Positions 56,100 to 64,000 of a stretch of DNA of 64,000 nt are shown piece after piece; position 1 is the first letter of the stretch, and each line of letters starts with the position of its first letter. The notes beneath the pieces were generated by a model. The model searched no databases. It saw only the letters and a program-made list of their open reading frames with translations, and was not told the DNA's origin. Where the stretch lies: NCBI GenBank assembly GCA_963805975.1, contig CAWDVR010000003.1:672001-736000 (forward strand), given 5' to 3'. Source of the stretch: an uncultured Acidobacteriota bacterium. GTDB lineage: Bacteria > Acidobacteriota > Thermoanaerobaculia > Multivoradales > SZUA-115. Position numbers and translations under genes: made by a program.

Positions 56100-57608
56100 G
56101 GCTCGGAGCGCTGGTGCCGGCGCTGCTGCCGGTGCTGCTGCTGGGGGCCTGCGGGGGCGAGGCGCCCCCGGCGCCCGCTGCCGCGCCATCGCCCCGCGTC
56201 GAGCGCCCCAACGTGCTCCTGATCGTGGCGGACGACATGACACCGCACCTCGGTGCCTACGGCCACTTGGGGCTAGTCACGCCGCACCTCGACCGCCTGG
56301 CCGCGCGCGGCCTGCGCTTCGACCGCGCCTTCTGCCAGACGCCGCTCTGCAACCCGTCCCGCGCCTCGTTCCTCTCGGGCCGGACGGCGGCCACCACCGG
56401 CGTGTACGACAACGCGGCGGAGCCGCGCCCCAACGTCGCCAACCAGCCGCTCCTCCCCAGCCTGTTCAAGAGCGGCGGCTACACGACGCTGCGGGTGGGC
56501 AAGCTCCTGCACTTCGACGAGGTCCAGCCCTTCGACGAGGTGGGCCTGCCGCTCTCCGTGGTGCCGGACGCGCCCATGCCGCGCCTCGAGCGCCACCGGC
56601 TCCAGCGCGAGGCGCGCCGCGCGCTGAAGAAGAAAGGCGTGACTCTGGCCAAGGGCACGCAGCCGTCGATCGATCGGCTGATGGTGCAGGAGCTCTCGGA
56701 GAGCCCAAGCCCTGTGGCTCGAGGACAGCCGGGTGGCCGAGCTCGCCGTCCGCTTTCTCGACAGCGCCGCGGCGCGCCAGCCTTTCTTCATGGCCGTGGG
56801 CTTCACCTCGCCGCACCCGGACTTCGTGGCCCCGGCGAGCGCCTTCGCGCCCTACGCGCTCGACGCCATGCCCGTGACCCAGGCGCCTGCGGGAGACCTC
56901 GACGACGTGCCCGCGGCGGCGCTCACCTACGCCAAGTGGCACCCGGAGTTCGGCGAGGCCAAGCAACGGGAGCTGCTGCGCGGCTACTTCGCCTCGCTCA
57001 CCTTCATGGACCGCCAGGTGGGCCGTGTGCTCGACGCCCTGGACCGCGCCGGCCTCGCCGGGCGGACGATCGTGGTCTTCGTCTCCGACCACGGCCAGCA
57101 CTTGGGCGAGCACGGCGGGCTGTGGGCCAAGCTGACGCTCTTCGAGGAGTCGCTCCGCGTGCCGCTGCTCCTCGCCGGACCCGGCATCCCGGTGGGGGAG
57201 ACGCCGTGTGTCGTCGAGCTCCTGGACCTCTACCCGACCGTGGCCGGCCTCGCGGGCCTCACCTTGCCGGCCGGCCTCGAAGGCCGCGATCTCTCGCCGC
57301 TCTTCACGCGGCCGGGCCAGTGCAAGGAGCTGGCGGGCGGCGAGCGCGGCGCGCTCTCGGAAATTCGCCTGGCCGCCGGGACGGGCAAGGTCGCGCGCTC
57401 GCTCCGCACCGAGCGCTACCGCTACACCGAGTGGGGGAGCCCGGACGAGGCCGAGCTCTACGACCTCGCAGCCGACCCCGGCGAGCACATCAACCTGGCT
57501 CGCGATTCCGCCGCTCACCGGCCGGTGGAGGAGCAGCGCCAACGGCTCGCGGCCCGGCTGGCGGCGCTCGAGGGGCCACGGCAGGCGGCCCCGGAAACCC
57601 CGCCGTAG
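56096..57608 (+). CDS. Paralogous sulfatase lipoprotein, apparent frameshift near 56702
   Basis: ATGA-coupled; lipobox LGAC; CNPSR; N-half in one frame, 'LWLEDSRVAELAVRFL...SDHG' in another. Confidence 0.88.
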
Positions 57609-57635
57609 TGTCATCCTGAGCGCAGCGAAGGATCT
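57609..57635 (+). repeat. REP-like unit TGTCATCCTGAGCGCAGCGAAGGATCT (copy 2)
   Basis: Identical to 53251-53277; lies between convergent sulfatase and modC. Confidence 0.9.
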
Positions 57636-58372
57636 GGGCGGGGGCCGGTAGCCGCACCTGCCCCAGTTCCCTCGCCCCTGATCTCGTAGGCCGGCCGCTC
57701 CACGACCCGGAACACCTCCGCCGGCGTGCCCTGGCGGACGGTCCGGCCGCGGTCGAGGACCAGCACCTCATCGGCCAGGGCGACGATCTCGTCCGCCTGG
57801 TGGCTGACGTAGAGCATGGGCACCTGGAACTCGTCCCGCACCGTCTTCAGGTAGGGCAGGATGCGCTGCTTCAGGCCCTGGTCGAGCGAGGCCAGGGGCT
57901 CGTCCAGGAGCAGCAGCCGGGGGCCGGAGAGGAGCGCCCGGCCGAGCGAGACCCGCTGGCGCTCGCCACCCGAGAGCTGGCCCACGCCGCGCTCGAGCAG
58001 CCCGCCTAGCGCCAGCACCTCGACCACGTGCCCGAGCGTGGGCCCGCCGTTCTCGAGGCCGCGCCGCTCGCCGTAGAGCAAATTCTCGCGCACCGAGCGG
58101 TGGGGGAAGAGCGCGCCGTCCTGCGGCACGTAGCCGATGCGCCGGGCACGGGTCGGCACCGCGATGCGGCGGCCGGTGTCGGTCAGAACCTCGTCGCCGA
58201 GCCGGATCACGGCCGATTGCGCGCGGCGCAGGCCCGCGATCAGGTCGAGGAGCGAGGTCTTGCCCGCTCCTGACGGCCCGAAGAGGCCGGTCACCCGTGC
58301 GCTCAAGGTGGCATTCACTTCCAGGGTGAAGGAGGCGAGGTCGAGCCGTACCCCGGACAGGGTGAGCGTCAT
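57611..58372 (-). CDS. modC: Molybdate ABC transporter ATP-binding protein
   Basis: GPSGAGKT, LSGGERQR, LLLDEP; operon context; no C-terminal TOBE domain evident. Confidence 0.9.
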   Translation of the reverse strand: MTLTLSGVRLDLASFTLEVNATLSARVTGLFGPSGAGKTSLLDLIAGLRRAQSAVIRLGDEVLTDTGRRIAVPTRARRIGYVPQDGALFPHRSVRENLLYGERRGLENGGPTLGHVVEVLALGGLLERGVGQLSGGERQRVSLGRALLSGPRLLLLDEPLASLDQGLKQRILPYLKTVRDEFQVPMLYVSHQADEIVALADEVLVLDRGRTVRQGTPAEVFRVVERPAYEIRGEGTGAGAATGPRPDPSLRSG

Positions 58373-59055
58373 GCGCTGGCCTTCGCCGCCACGGGCGGCT
58401 TCGGCCGCAGCAGCCGCTCGTGCAGCAGCACCGCGCCGAAGGCGAGGAGCACCGAGGCCGCCAGCAGGCGCAGAGCCCCCTCGTCCTGGCCGAGCTGGAT
58501 GCGCTGGAAGATCTCGAGGGACAGCGTGGTGGTACGGCCCGGGATGTTGCCCGCCACGACGATGGTGGCGCCGAACTCGCCCAGCGCGCGGGCGAAGGCG
58601 AGGAGCAGGCCGGAGAGGATGCCGCGCGCCGCGAGGGGCAGGCTGATCGAGAAGAACACGCGGCGGTCCGTGGCGCCCAGGGTGCGTGCGATCTGCTCGA
58701 GCCGCGGCTCCACTCCTTCGAAAGCGACGCGGGCGCCGCGCACCAGGAGCGGGAAGGACATCACCGCCATGGCCAGCACGACACCCCGCCAGGTGAAGAC
58801 CACCTCGAGCCCGAGGTCGTGGAGCAGCGAGCCGAGGGCGCCCCGGCGGCCGGTGGCGCGCAGCAGCAGGAATCCGGTGGCGACCGGCGGCAGCACCAGG
58901 GGCAGGGCCACCAGGGTCTCGACCAGCGCCTTGCCCGGGAAGTGGCGGCGGGCGAGCAGCCAGGCGAGCGCGATGCCCGGGGGGAGGATCAGTGCCGTCG
59001 CCAGCGCCGCGGTGGCGACGCTGAAGCGCGCGATCTGCCACTCCTCGGGGGTCAT
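58369..59055 (-). CDS. modB: Molybdate ABC transporter permease
   Basis: 'LPLVLPPVATG', 'FARALGEFGAT...AGNIPGRT'. Confidence 0.95.
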   Translation of the reverse strand: MTPEEWQIARFSVATAALATALILPPGIALAWLLARRHFPGKALVETLVALPLVLPPVATGFLLLRATGRRGALGSLLHDLGLEVVFTWRGVVLAMAVMSFPLLVRGARVAFEGVEPRLEQIARTLGATDRRVFFSISLPLAARGILSGLLLAFARALGEFGATIVVAGNIPGRTTTLSLEIFQRIQLGQDEGALRLLAASVLLAFGAVLLHERLLRPKPPVAAKASA

Positions 59056-59816
59056 TCCCCTTGGATTTCGAAGCCGAACCGCTTGAAAACGGCGAGCCCG
59101 TCCGGTGACTCGAGGCAGGCGAGGAAGCGGCGCGCGGCGTCGAGGCGCGGCGACTCGGCGACCAGGGCCAGGGGGTAGGAGATGCGCGGCCCCTCGGCCG
59201 CCGGCACTTCGAAGGCGACCTTGACCTTCTTCGAGATCCCGGCGTCGGTCTTGTAGACGATGCCGGCGTCCACGTTGCCGGCCTCGACCGCGGCGAGCGC
59301 CGCACGCACGTTCTCGGTGGGCACCACGCGGTCGATCACCCGGCTCCAGAGCTTTTGGCTCTGCAGGTACTGCTTGGCGTAGATGCCGGCCGGCACGGTC
59401 TGGGGCTCGGCGAGGGCCAGGGCGCGCACCCGCGGCGCGGCGAGGTCGGCAATGGTCTTCATCTCGAGGCTGGAGTCGAAAGGCACCACTACCACCAGGC
59501 GGTTCGAGAGCAGGCTCTTGCGCGAACCGGGCACCACGTGGCCGCCCTTCTCCAGGCGGTCCATGGTGGCCTCGTCCGCGGAGAGGAAGAGGTCGGCCGG
59601 CGCGCCCTCGGCGATCTGCCGCCCCAGGAGGTTCGAGGCCGCGAAGTTGAACACCACGCGATCGCCGCCGCTCTTCTCGTAGGCAATGCCGATCTCTTTC
59701 AAGGCGTCGGTCAGGCTGGCGGCGGCGAACACGCTGACCTCGCCGGCCGAGGCGGCCGGCGCCAGTGCAGCCGCGAGGAGAAGCACCAGCAGGCGGGACA
59801 GGAAGGTCGCTTTCAT
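59052..59816 (-). CDS. modA: Molybdate ABC transporter substrate-binding protein
   Basis: 'FAAASL', 'FAAS..L..QI..GAPADLFLSA', 'VPAG.YA', 'NVRAAL', 'VYKTDA'. Confidence 0.95.
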   Translation of the reverse strand: MKATFLSRLLVLLLAAALAPAASAGEVSVFAAASLTDALKEIGIAYEKSGGDRVVFNFAASNLLGRQIAEGAPADLFLSADEATMDRLEKGGHVVPGSRKSLLSNRLVVVVPFDSSLEMKTIADLAAPRVRALALAEPQTVPAGIYAKQYLQSQKLWSRVIDRVVPTENVRAALAAVEAGNVDAGIVYKTDAGISKKVKVAFEVPAAEGPRISYPLALVAESPRLDAARRFLACLESPDGLAVFKRFGFEIQGE

Positions 59817-59842
59817 CAGGGGCCTCCAGGCGGGACGTGGGC

Positions 59843-60973
59843 TCAGAAGACCACCTGCAGGCGGGCGAGAACCTTGTCCTCGGCCTCCGCCCCGTTCGGG
59901 CCCTCGAAGCGGGCCAGGTTGAGCATCAGCTTCAGGTCGTGGCCCTTGAAGTAGTAGCTGCCGCCCAGGGTGAGCGCGTCCGTGGAGTCGTCCTCGAGGT
60001 CGTCGCGCGGGTCGAAGGTCTCGAACTTGACCACCACCTGCCATTTGCGCTCCCACACGAAGTAGCCGGCCTGGAGATACGCGCCGTCGGCCGTGACCTC
60101 CGCCCGCGGCCGGGCCGAGTCGGGCTCGAAGCGGGTGCGCAGGAACTCGATCCAGAGGTCGAGCGGCCCGGCCTGGAGCTGGCTGTCGATACCCGTCGCC
60201 AGGCGCTTGCCGGCGAAGATGTTGTCGCGGTCCGCGGTGGCCGGCGTCGAGTCGAACGCGAACTCGGAGCCCAGCGGGATGTTGGTGTCCTCCGAGGAGA
60301 AGGCGTTGCCGCCCACCGCGAGGGTCGCGTCCTGGCCGAAGAGCTTGCCCCGCCAGGCGGTGCCGGCGAGGCGGCCGGCGAGGAGGAAGCGGTCGTCGTC
60401 GTTGAAGTTGTTGTTGACGCCGTTGCCGTTGAAGGCGCCCACGGCGTAGGTCAGGCGCTTGTCGAGAAGCTCGCCGTGGACCTGCACACCGAGCTGGCGG
60501 CCGACGGTCAGCCGGTCGTTGACCAGGCTGCGCTCGAGGGTGGTGAGGCGCGGGTCGCCGAAGAGCTGCTCGAAGCCGAACGGGGTCTTGAACTGCCCGG
60601 CGCGGACGTTGGCCGCCGGGTTGCGGTTCCAGTTGATGAAGCCGTCGGTCATCTGGGCGCGCAGGCTGGCGGAGTTGGAGAGGCTGCCGGCGAGGTCCAG
60701 CTCGACCCGGAAATCGAACTCTTCGAGGAACTTGCCGGTGGCGTTGAGGCGCGCGCGCCGCAGGTAGATGCGGTCGTTGCCATTGGTGAAACGGGTGTCG
60801 CCGCGGTCGCCGGTCTCGACCTGCACCTGCAGCAGGCCGCCGAGGGCGAGCGTGGGTTCCTTGCCGGCCGGCTTGACGGCGCCGGGAGGGGCCACGGGCT
60901 GCGCCCCCGCCAAGCCCGGCAGCAACAGGAGCAACGGCAGAAAAGCGAGCGGTCTCCGAGCACGGCACGGCAT
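59843..60973 (-). CDS. OprO/OprP-family oxyanion-selective porin
   Basis: Signal peptide; 'LRRARL...G', 'GQFKTPFG.E', 'ERS', C-terminal 'RLQVVF'. Confidence 0.82.
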   Translation of the reverse strand: MPCRARRPLAFLPLLLLLPGLAGAQPVAPPGAVKPAGKEPTLALGGLLQVQVETGDRGDTRFTNGNDRIYLRRARLNATGKFLEEFDFRVELDLAGSLSNSASLRAQMTDGFINWNRNPAANVRAGQFKTPFGFEQLFGDPRLTTLERSLVNDRLTVGRQLGVQVHGELLDKRLTYAVGAFNGNGVNNNFNDDDRFLLAGRLAGTAWRGKLFGQDATLAVGGNAFSSEDTNIPLGSEFAFDSTPATADRDNIFAGKRLATGIDSQLQAGPLDLWIEFLRTRFEPDSARPRAEVTADGAYLQAGYFVWERKWQVVVKFETFDPRDDLEDDSTDALTLGGSYYFKGHDLKLMLNLARFEGPNGAEAEDKVLARLQVVF

Positions 60974-61019
60974 CTTCGGCCCCTTCCTCGAGTCCAAGAC
61001 CTGGCGGGAAAGCGCGCGC

Positions 61020-61056
61020 AGCCTAGCGACAGCGAAATATCCTGTCAACTATATCG
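61020..61056 (-). promoter_or_regulatory. Sigma70 promoter of porin-modABC with overlapping ModE (Mo) box
   Basis: Minus strand TTGACA(61048-61043)-N17-TAGGCT(61025-61020); 24-bp CGATATAGTTGACAGGATATTTCG resembles the CGnTATAT-N-TAyATAnCG Mo-box. Confidence 0.78.
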
Positions 61057-61429
61057 GCGGTGCCAGGTGGGCTGCGAGCTGGCGCCACGTGGAGCGCGTC
61101 GCGCGCAGGCTCTCGGTCTCCATCCGGCGGTAGAGGCGCACCACCGCTTCGCCTTCGTCGGTGAGGCTGGCGCTGCCCTTGCCCCGGCCGCCGCGGGCGG
61201 TCGCGACCAGCGGCAGGCGGAAGCAGCGGTTCATGGTCTGCACCAGCCTCCAGGCCCGCATGTAGGACATCCCCAGGCTCTCGGCGGCGGCGGTCAGGGT
61301 GCCGGCGGTGGCGATCGCCTCGAGCAGCGCGGCCTTGCCCGGCCCGAGGGCGATCTCCTCGCCGCGCAGGATCCGGAGCCGTGGTTGCACCGCGCTCGGG
61401 GCGGACGGCTGGGGCGGGATGTCGGGCAT
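61049..61429 (-). CDS. modE: ModE N-terminal winged-helix-only regulator
   Basis: 'LGPGKAALLEAI...GTLTAAAESLGMSYMRAW.LV..MN..F..PLV...RGG'; 126 aa, no Mop/TOBE domains. Confidence 0.88.
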   Translation of the reverse strand: MPDIPPQPSAPSAVQPRLRILRGEEIALGPGKAALLEAIATAGTLTAAAESLGMSYMRAWRLVQTMNRCFRLPLVATARGGRGKGSASLTDEGEAVVRLYRRMETESLRATRSTWRQLAAHLAPPI

Positions 61430-61551
61430 GACGGTCCTCCCTGCTGGCCGGGTGTGGTGGCCGCAGGATATCGAACGGCGTGGCATAATCCGGCCACCGC
61501 CCGCGTAGAGCGACCGAACCGGGCCCCGGCTCAGGACAAACACGGCCCTTG

Positions 61552-62133
61552 ATGAAAATGCTGCGCAACCTGCTCTTCACCCTCGTCGTCCTGGTCGCGG
61601 CCGGCGCCTACGCCGTCCACGTCGGGCTCTACGACGTGTCGGCCGCCAAGGCGCCGTCCGATTGGGAGGAGTGGCTGCTGGGGAAAGTGCGGGAGCGTTC
61701 CGTCGAGAAGCGGGCGGCCGGCCTCGTCGTGCCCGCGCTCGGCTCCGACGCCCAGAAGCTCGCCGGCTTCCGGGTCTTCCGCACCCACTGCGTGACCTGC
61801 CACGGCGCCCCCGGCGTGGGGCCGGACGACTTCGCCATGGGCCTCTACCCGATGCCGCCGGCGCTAGGCAACGACGAGGTGCAGAAGGAGGGCGACGCCG
61901 AGCTCTTCTGGATCGTCCAGCACGGCCTGAAGCACACCGGCATGCCGGGCTTCGGCATGGTGCTCTCGGAGGAGGAGCTGTGGAGCACGGTCGCTTTTCT
62001 CCGCCACCTGCCGGGGCTCGACGCCTCCCGCTTCCAGGCGCTGGCCGAAGAGGCGCTGGCGGCCGAGGCGCCGCCTGCCGTGCCGCCGTCTGCCGTAGAA
62101 GGACCGATACCCGGGGCTGCGCCGTCCCCGTGA
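61552..62133 (+). CDS. Membrane-anchored monohaem c-type cytochrome
   Basis: CVTCH, 'GLYPMPP.L', 'FWIVQHG.K.TGMPGF'. Confidence 0.88.
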   Translation: MKMLRNLLFTLVVLVAAGAYAVHVGLYDVSAAKAPSDWEEWLLGKVRERSVEKRAAGLVVPALGSDAQKLAGFRVFRTHCVTCHGAPGVGPDDFAMGLYPMPPALGNDEVQKEGDAELFWIVQHGLKHTGMPGFGMVLSEEELWSTVAFLRHLPGLDASRFQALAEEALAAEAPPAVPPSAVEGPIPGAAPSP

Positions 62134-62158
62134 GCACAGTTCCGTCGAGCTTTGCCTA

Positions 62159-62198
62159 TGGAGCCTTACTGAAAGCGGTGGAGCTTTACTGAAAGGGA
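62159..62198 (+). repeat. Tandem 20-bp direct repeat upstream of pspA-like gene
   Basis: TGGAGCCTTACTGAAAGCGG / TGGAGCTTTACTGAAAGGGA (17/20 identical). Confidence 0.8.
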
Positions 62199-62205
62199 GT
62201 CGACC

Positions 62206-62964
62206 ATGTTCAAACGTCTAGGCAATCTCCTGCGGGGCTTTCTGTCCCTCTTCATCTCGGGGCTCGAGAGGGAGAACCCGCGGGCCTTGATCGAAGCCGA
62301 AAAAGAGAACCTGCGGCGCCAGATCGCCCGCTTCAACGACAACCTGGCCAACCACGCGGCGTTCGTCGAGCGCCTGATGCGGCAGGTGAAGAACCTCGAG
62401 GCGCAGGAGCGGGAGTACGCGGCCAAGGCGGCGGCCAACCTCAAGGTCGGCAACACCAACGCGGCGGGCCAGTACGCCCTGCAGTTGAAGACCGTCAAGG
62501 AGCAGCTCGAGGAGAACCGCACCCAGCTCGTGGCCGGCGAGGAGACCTTCAAGAAGCTGGTCAAGTCGCGCGACGTGGCGATCAAGGAGGCGACGGAGAA
62601 GATCGAGTCGCTCAAGCGCCTGATGACCGAGACCGAGATGCTCGAGGCCCAGGCCGAGCTCCAGGAGATGGCCAAGGGCATGATCTCCGAGATCGGCGGC
62701 TCGGGCGACACGCTGGCGCGAGTGGACGAGTACCTGAAGGAGCGCCGCGACAAGGCCGCGGGCCGCGCGCGCGTCGCCTCGACCTCGATCGACACTACCA
62801 AGGTGGAGCTGCTCGAGGCCGAGCAGCACGCGCTCGCCGACCAGGCGCTGGCCGAGTTCGCCGCCGCGTACGGAATGGAAGTCCCCGGCCAGGTGGCAGC
62901 GGCCGAGCCGGCCACCAGCGAGGCGCCGGTCAAGGACATGGGGCCGGCGCTCAAGGAAGGCTGA
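62206..62964 (+). CDS. PspA/IM30 (ESCRT-III-like) family protein
   Basis: N-terminal amphipathic helix MFKRLGNLLRGFLSLFI, 'ENP..L', long coiled coil. Confidence 0.82.
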   Translation: MFKRLGNLLRGFLSLFISGLERENPRALIEAEKENLRRQIARFNDNLANHAAFVERLMRQVKNLEAQEREYAAKAAANLKVGNTNAAGQYALQLKTVKEQLEENRTQLVAGEETFKKLVKSRDVAIKEATEKIESLKRLMTETEMLEAQAELQEMAKGMISEIGGSGDTLARVDEYLKERRDKAAGRARVASTSIDTTKVELLEAEQHALADQALAEFAAAYGMEVPGQVAAAEPATSEAPVKDMGPALKEG

Positions 62965-62986
62965 GAAAGGCTAAGGAGACGAGACC

Positions 62987-64000
62987 ATGGCGAACGAAAC
63001 CGGGACAGGGAGAGTCGGGCCGACCGTGCTCGGCAAGGTCGTCCTCGGCCTGTTCATCCTCGCGCTGCTGGCGGGCGCGGCCTACTACTTCCGGGACCTG
63101 ATCGCGCCCTCGGGCGACCGGGGCGACGGCAAGGTGGACCTGAAGAAGTTCCAGCAGGACCAGAAGATCGAGGCGCCGGACACCAAGGGCGTGACCACGG
63201 TCAGCGAGTACAGCTACGTGCCGGGCGAGAAGCTGCCGCCCGTCAAGGGCGTCTCGGCCTACAAGTGGAACGCCGCCGAGAAGGTGGTGCAGTTCCCGAT
63301 CAACGTCTGGATCGGCTGGCTGCCGATCGTCGCCGCCAACCGCGGCTTCGAGCCCAACACCGAGTCGCTGTTCTTCAAGGAGTATGGCTTCAAGGTCAAC
63401 CTCAAGCTGATCGACGACCCGGTGGTGGCGCGCGACGCCTTCGCCTCGGGCGAGAGCCACGTGCTGTGGGGCACGCTCGACATGATGGTGCTCCTCGCCC
63501 CCGACCTGATGAAGGACTCGCGCACCGCCCCCCGCATCTTCCAGCAGATCGACTGGTCGAGCGGCGGCGACGGCATCGTGGTGCGGGGCAACATCCGCTC
63601 GGCCAAGGATCTCAAGGGCAAGACCATCGTCTACGCCCAGAACAGCCCCTCCCAGTACTTCCTGAACAACCTGCTGCTCTCGGCCGGCATCCAGCCCAAC
63701 GAGGTGAAGCACAAGTACACGGCGACCGCCTTCGAGGCGGCGGCGGCCTTCGTCGCCGACCCCTCGATCGACGGCTGCGTCTCCTGGGCGCCGGACATCT
63801 ACAACATCCCCGACCGCGTCAAGGGCACCCGCGTGCTCACCACCACGGCCGAGGCCAACAAGCTGATCGCCGACGTGTGGGCGGCGCGGGCCGACTTCGC
63901 CAAGGACCACCCGGAGATCATCGAGGGCCTGGTCTCCGGCATCTTCAAGTCCATGGGCGAGCTCAGGAGCGACACCTTCAAGGCCCAGGCCCTGAAGTGG
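62987..64000 (+). CDS. Membrane-anchored NitT/TauT-type ABC substrate-binding protein; runs off the window edge
   Basis: Read by hand: ATG 62987 with AAGGAG RBS; TM 'KVVLGLFILALLAGAAYYF'; 'NVWIGWLP', 'DWSSGGDGIV', 'DLKGK', 'SWAP', 'IADV'. Confidence 0.85.
   Translation, partial: MANETGTGRVGPTVLGKVVLGLFILALLAGAAYYFRDLIAPSGDRGDGKVDLKKFQQDQKIEAPDTKGVTTVSEYSYVPGEKLPPVKGVSAYKWNAAEKVVQFPINVWIGWLPIVAANRGFEPNTESLFFKEYGFKVNLKLIDDPVVARDAFASGESHVLWGTLDMMVLLAPDLMKDSRTAPRIFQQIDWSSGGDGIVVRGNIRSAKDLKGKTIVYAQNSPSQYFLNNLLLSAGIQPNEVKHKYTATAFEAAAAFVADPSIDGCVSWAPDIYNIPDRVKGTRVLTTTAEANKLIADVWAARADFAKDHPEIIEGLVSGIFKSMGELRSDTFKAQALKW

Noticed and set aside
53251-57635. CRISPR repeats or IS terminal repeats
   Set aside because: Only two copies 4.4 kb apart, no spacer array, no cas or transposase gene
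1-64000. tRNA, rRNA, integron attC arrays, prophage genes
   Set aside because: None recognised by eye; intergenic gaps are short and lack the expected motifs

Overview
This is a GC-rich bacterial chromosomal window, most likely from Acidobacteriota (Thermoanaerobaculia-like). That assignment is inferred from an ADOP-type orphan ABC permease, secreted proteins ending in an 'LFxDGFE.G...W' tail, and a TIGR02999-type ECF sigma / Ser-Thr kinase pair. No rRNA, tRNA, CRISPR array, transposase or phage genes were recognised. Housekeeping genes include recD2, nfeD-slipin-SPOR-lnt-prfB (with its programmed +1 frameshift), trmH and a class II photolyase. Regulatory loci include a SigW-like ECF sigma/anti-sigma/bactofilin-domain operon with two visible GAAAC-N16/17-CGTA promoters, BlaI/BlaR1-TonB with a visible operator, and three small toxin-antitoxin modules. 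Metabolic content includes a dispersed molybdenum-hydroxylase cluster (coxM/coxS-like, amidase, FdrA, DUF1116, cyclase, coxL-like) suggesting N-heterocycle catabolism, a pectate-lyase/sulfatase cassette bracketed by two identical 27-bp repeats, and a porin-modABC operon with a clear Mo-box promoter next to an HTH-only ModE. The window ends at the start of a PspA + NitT/TauT-type binding-protein operon. Several genes carry single-base frameshifts or apparent internal deletions; these may be long-read/assembly errors or real decay. All functional calls come from motif recognition by eye; no database searches were run.
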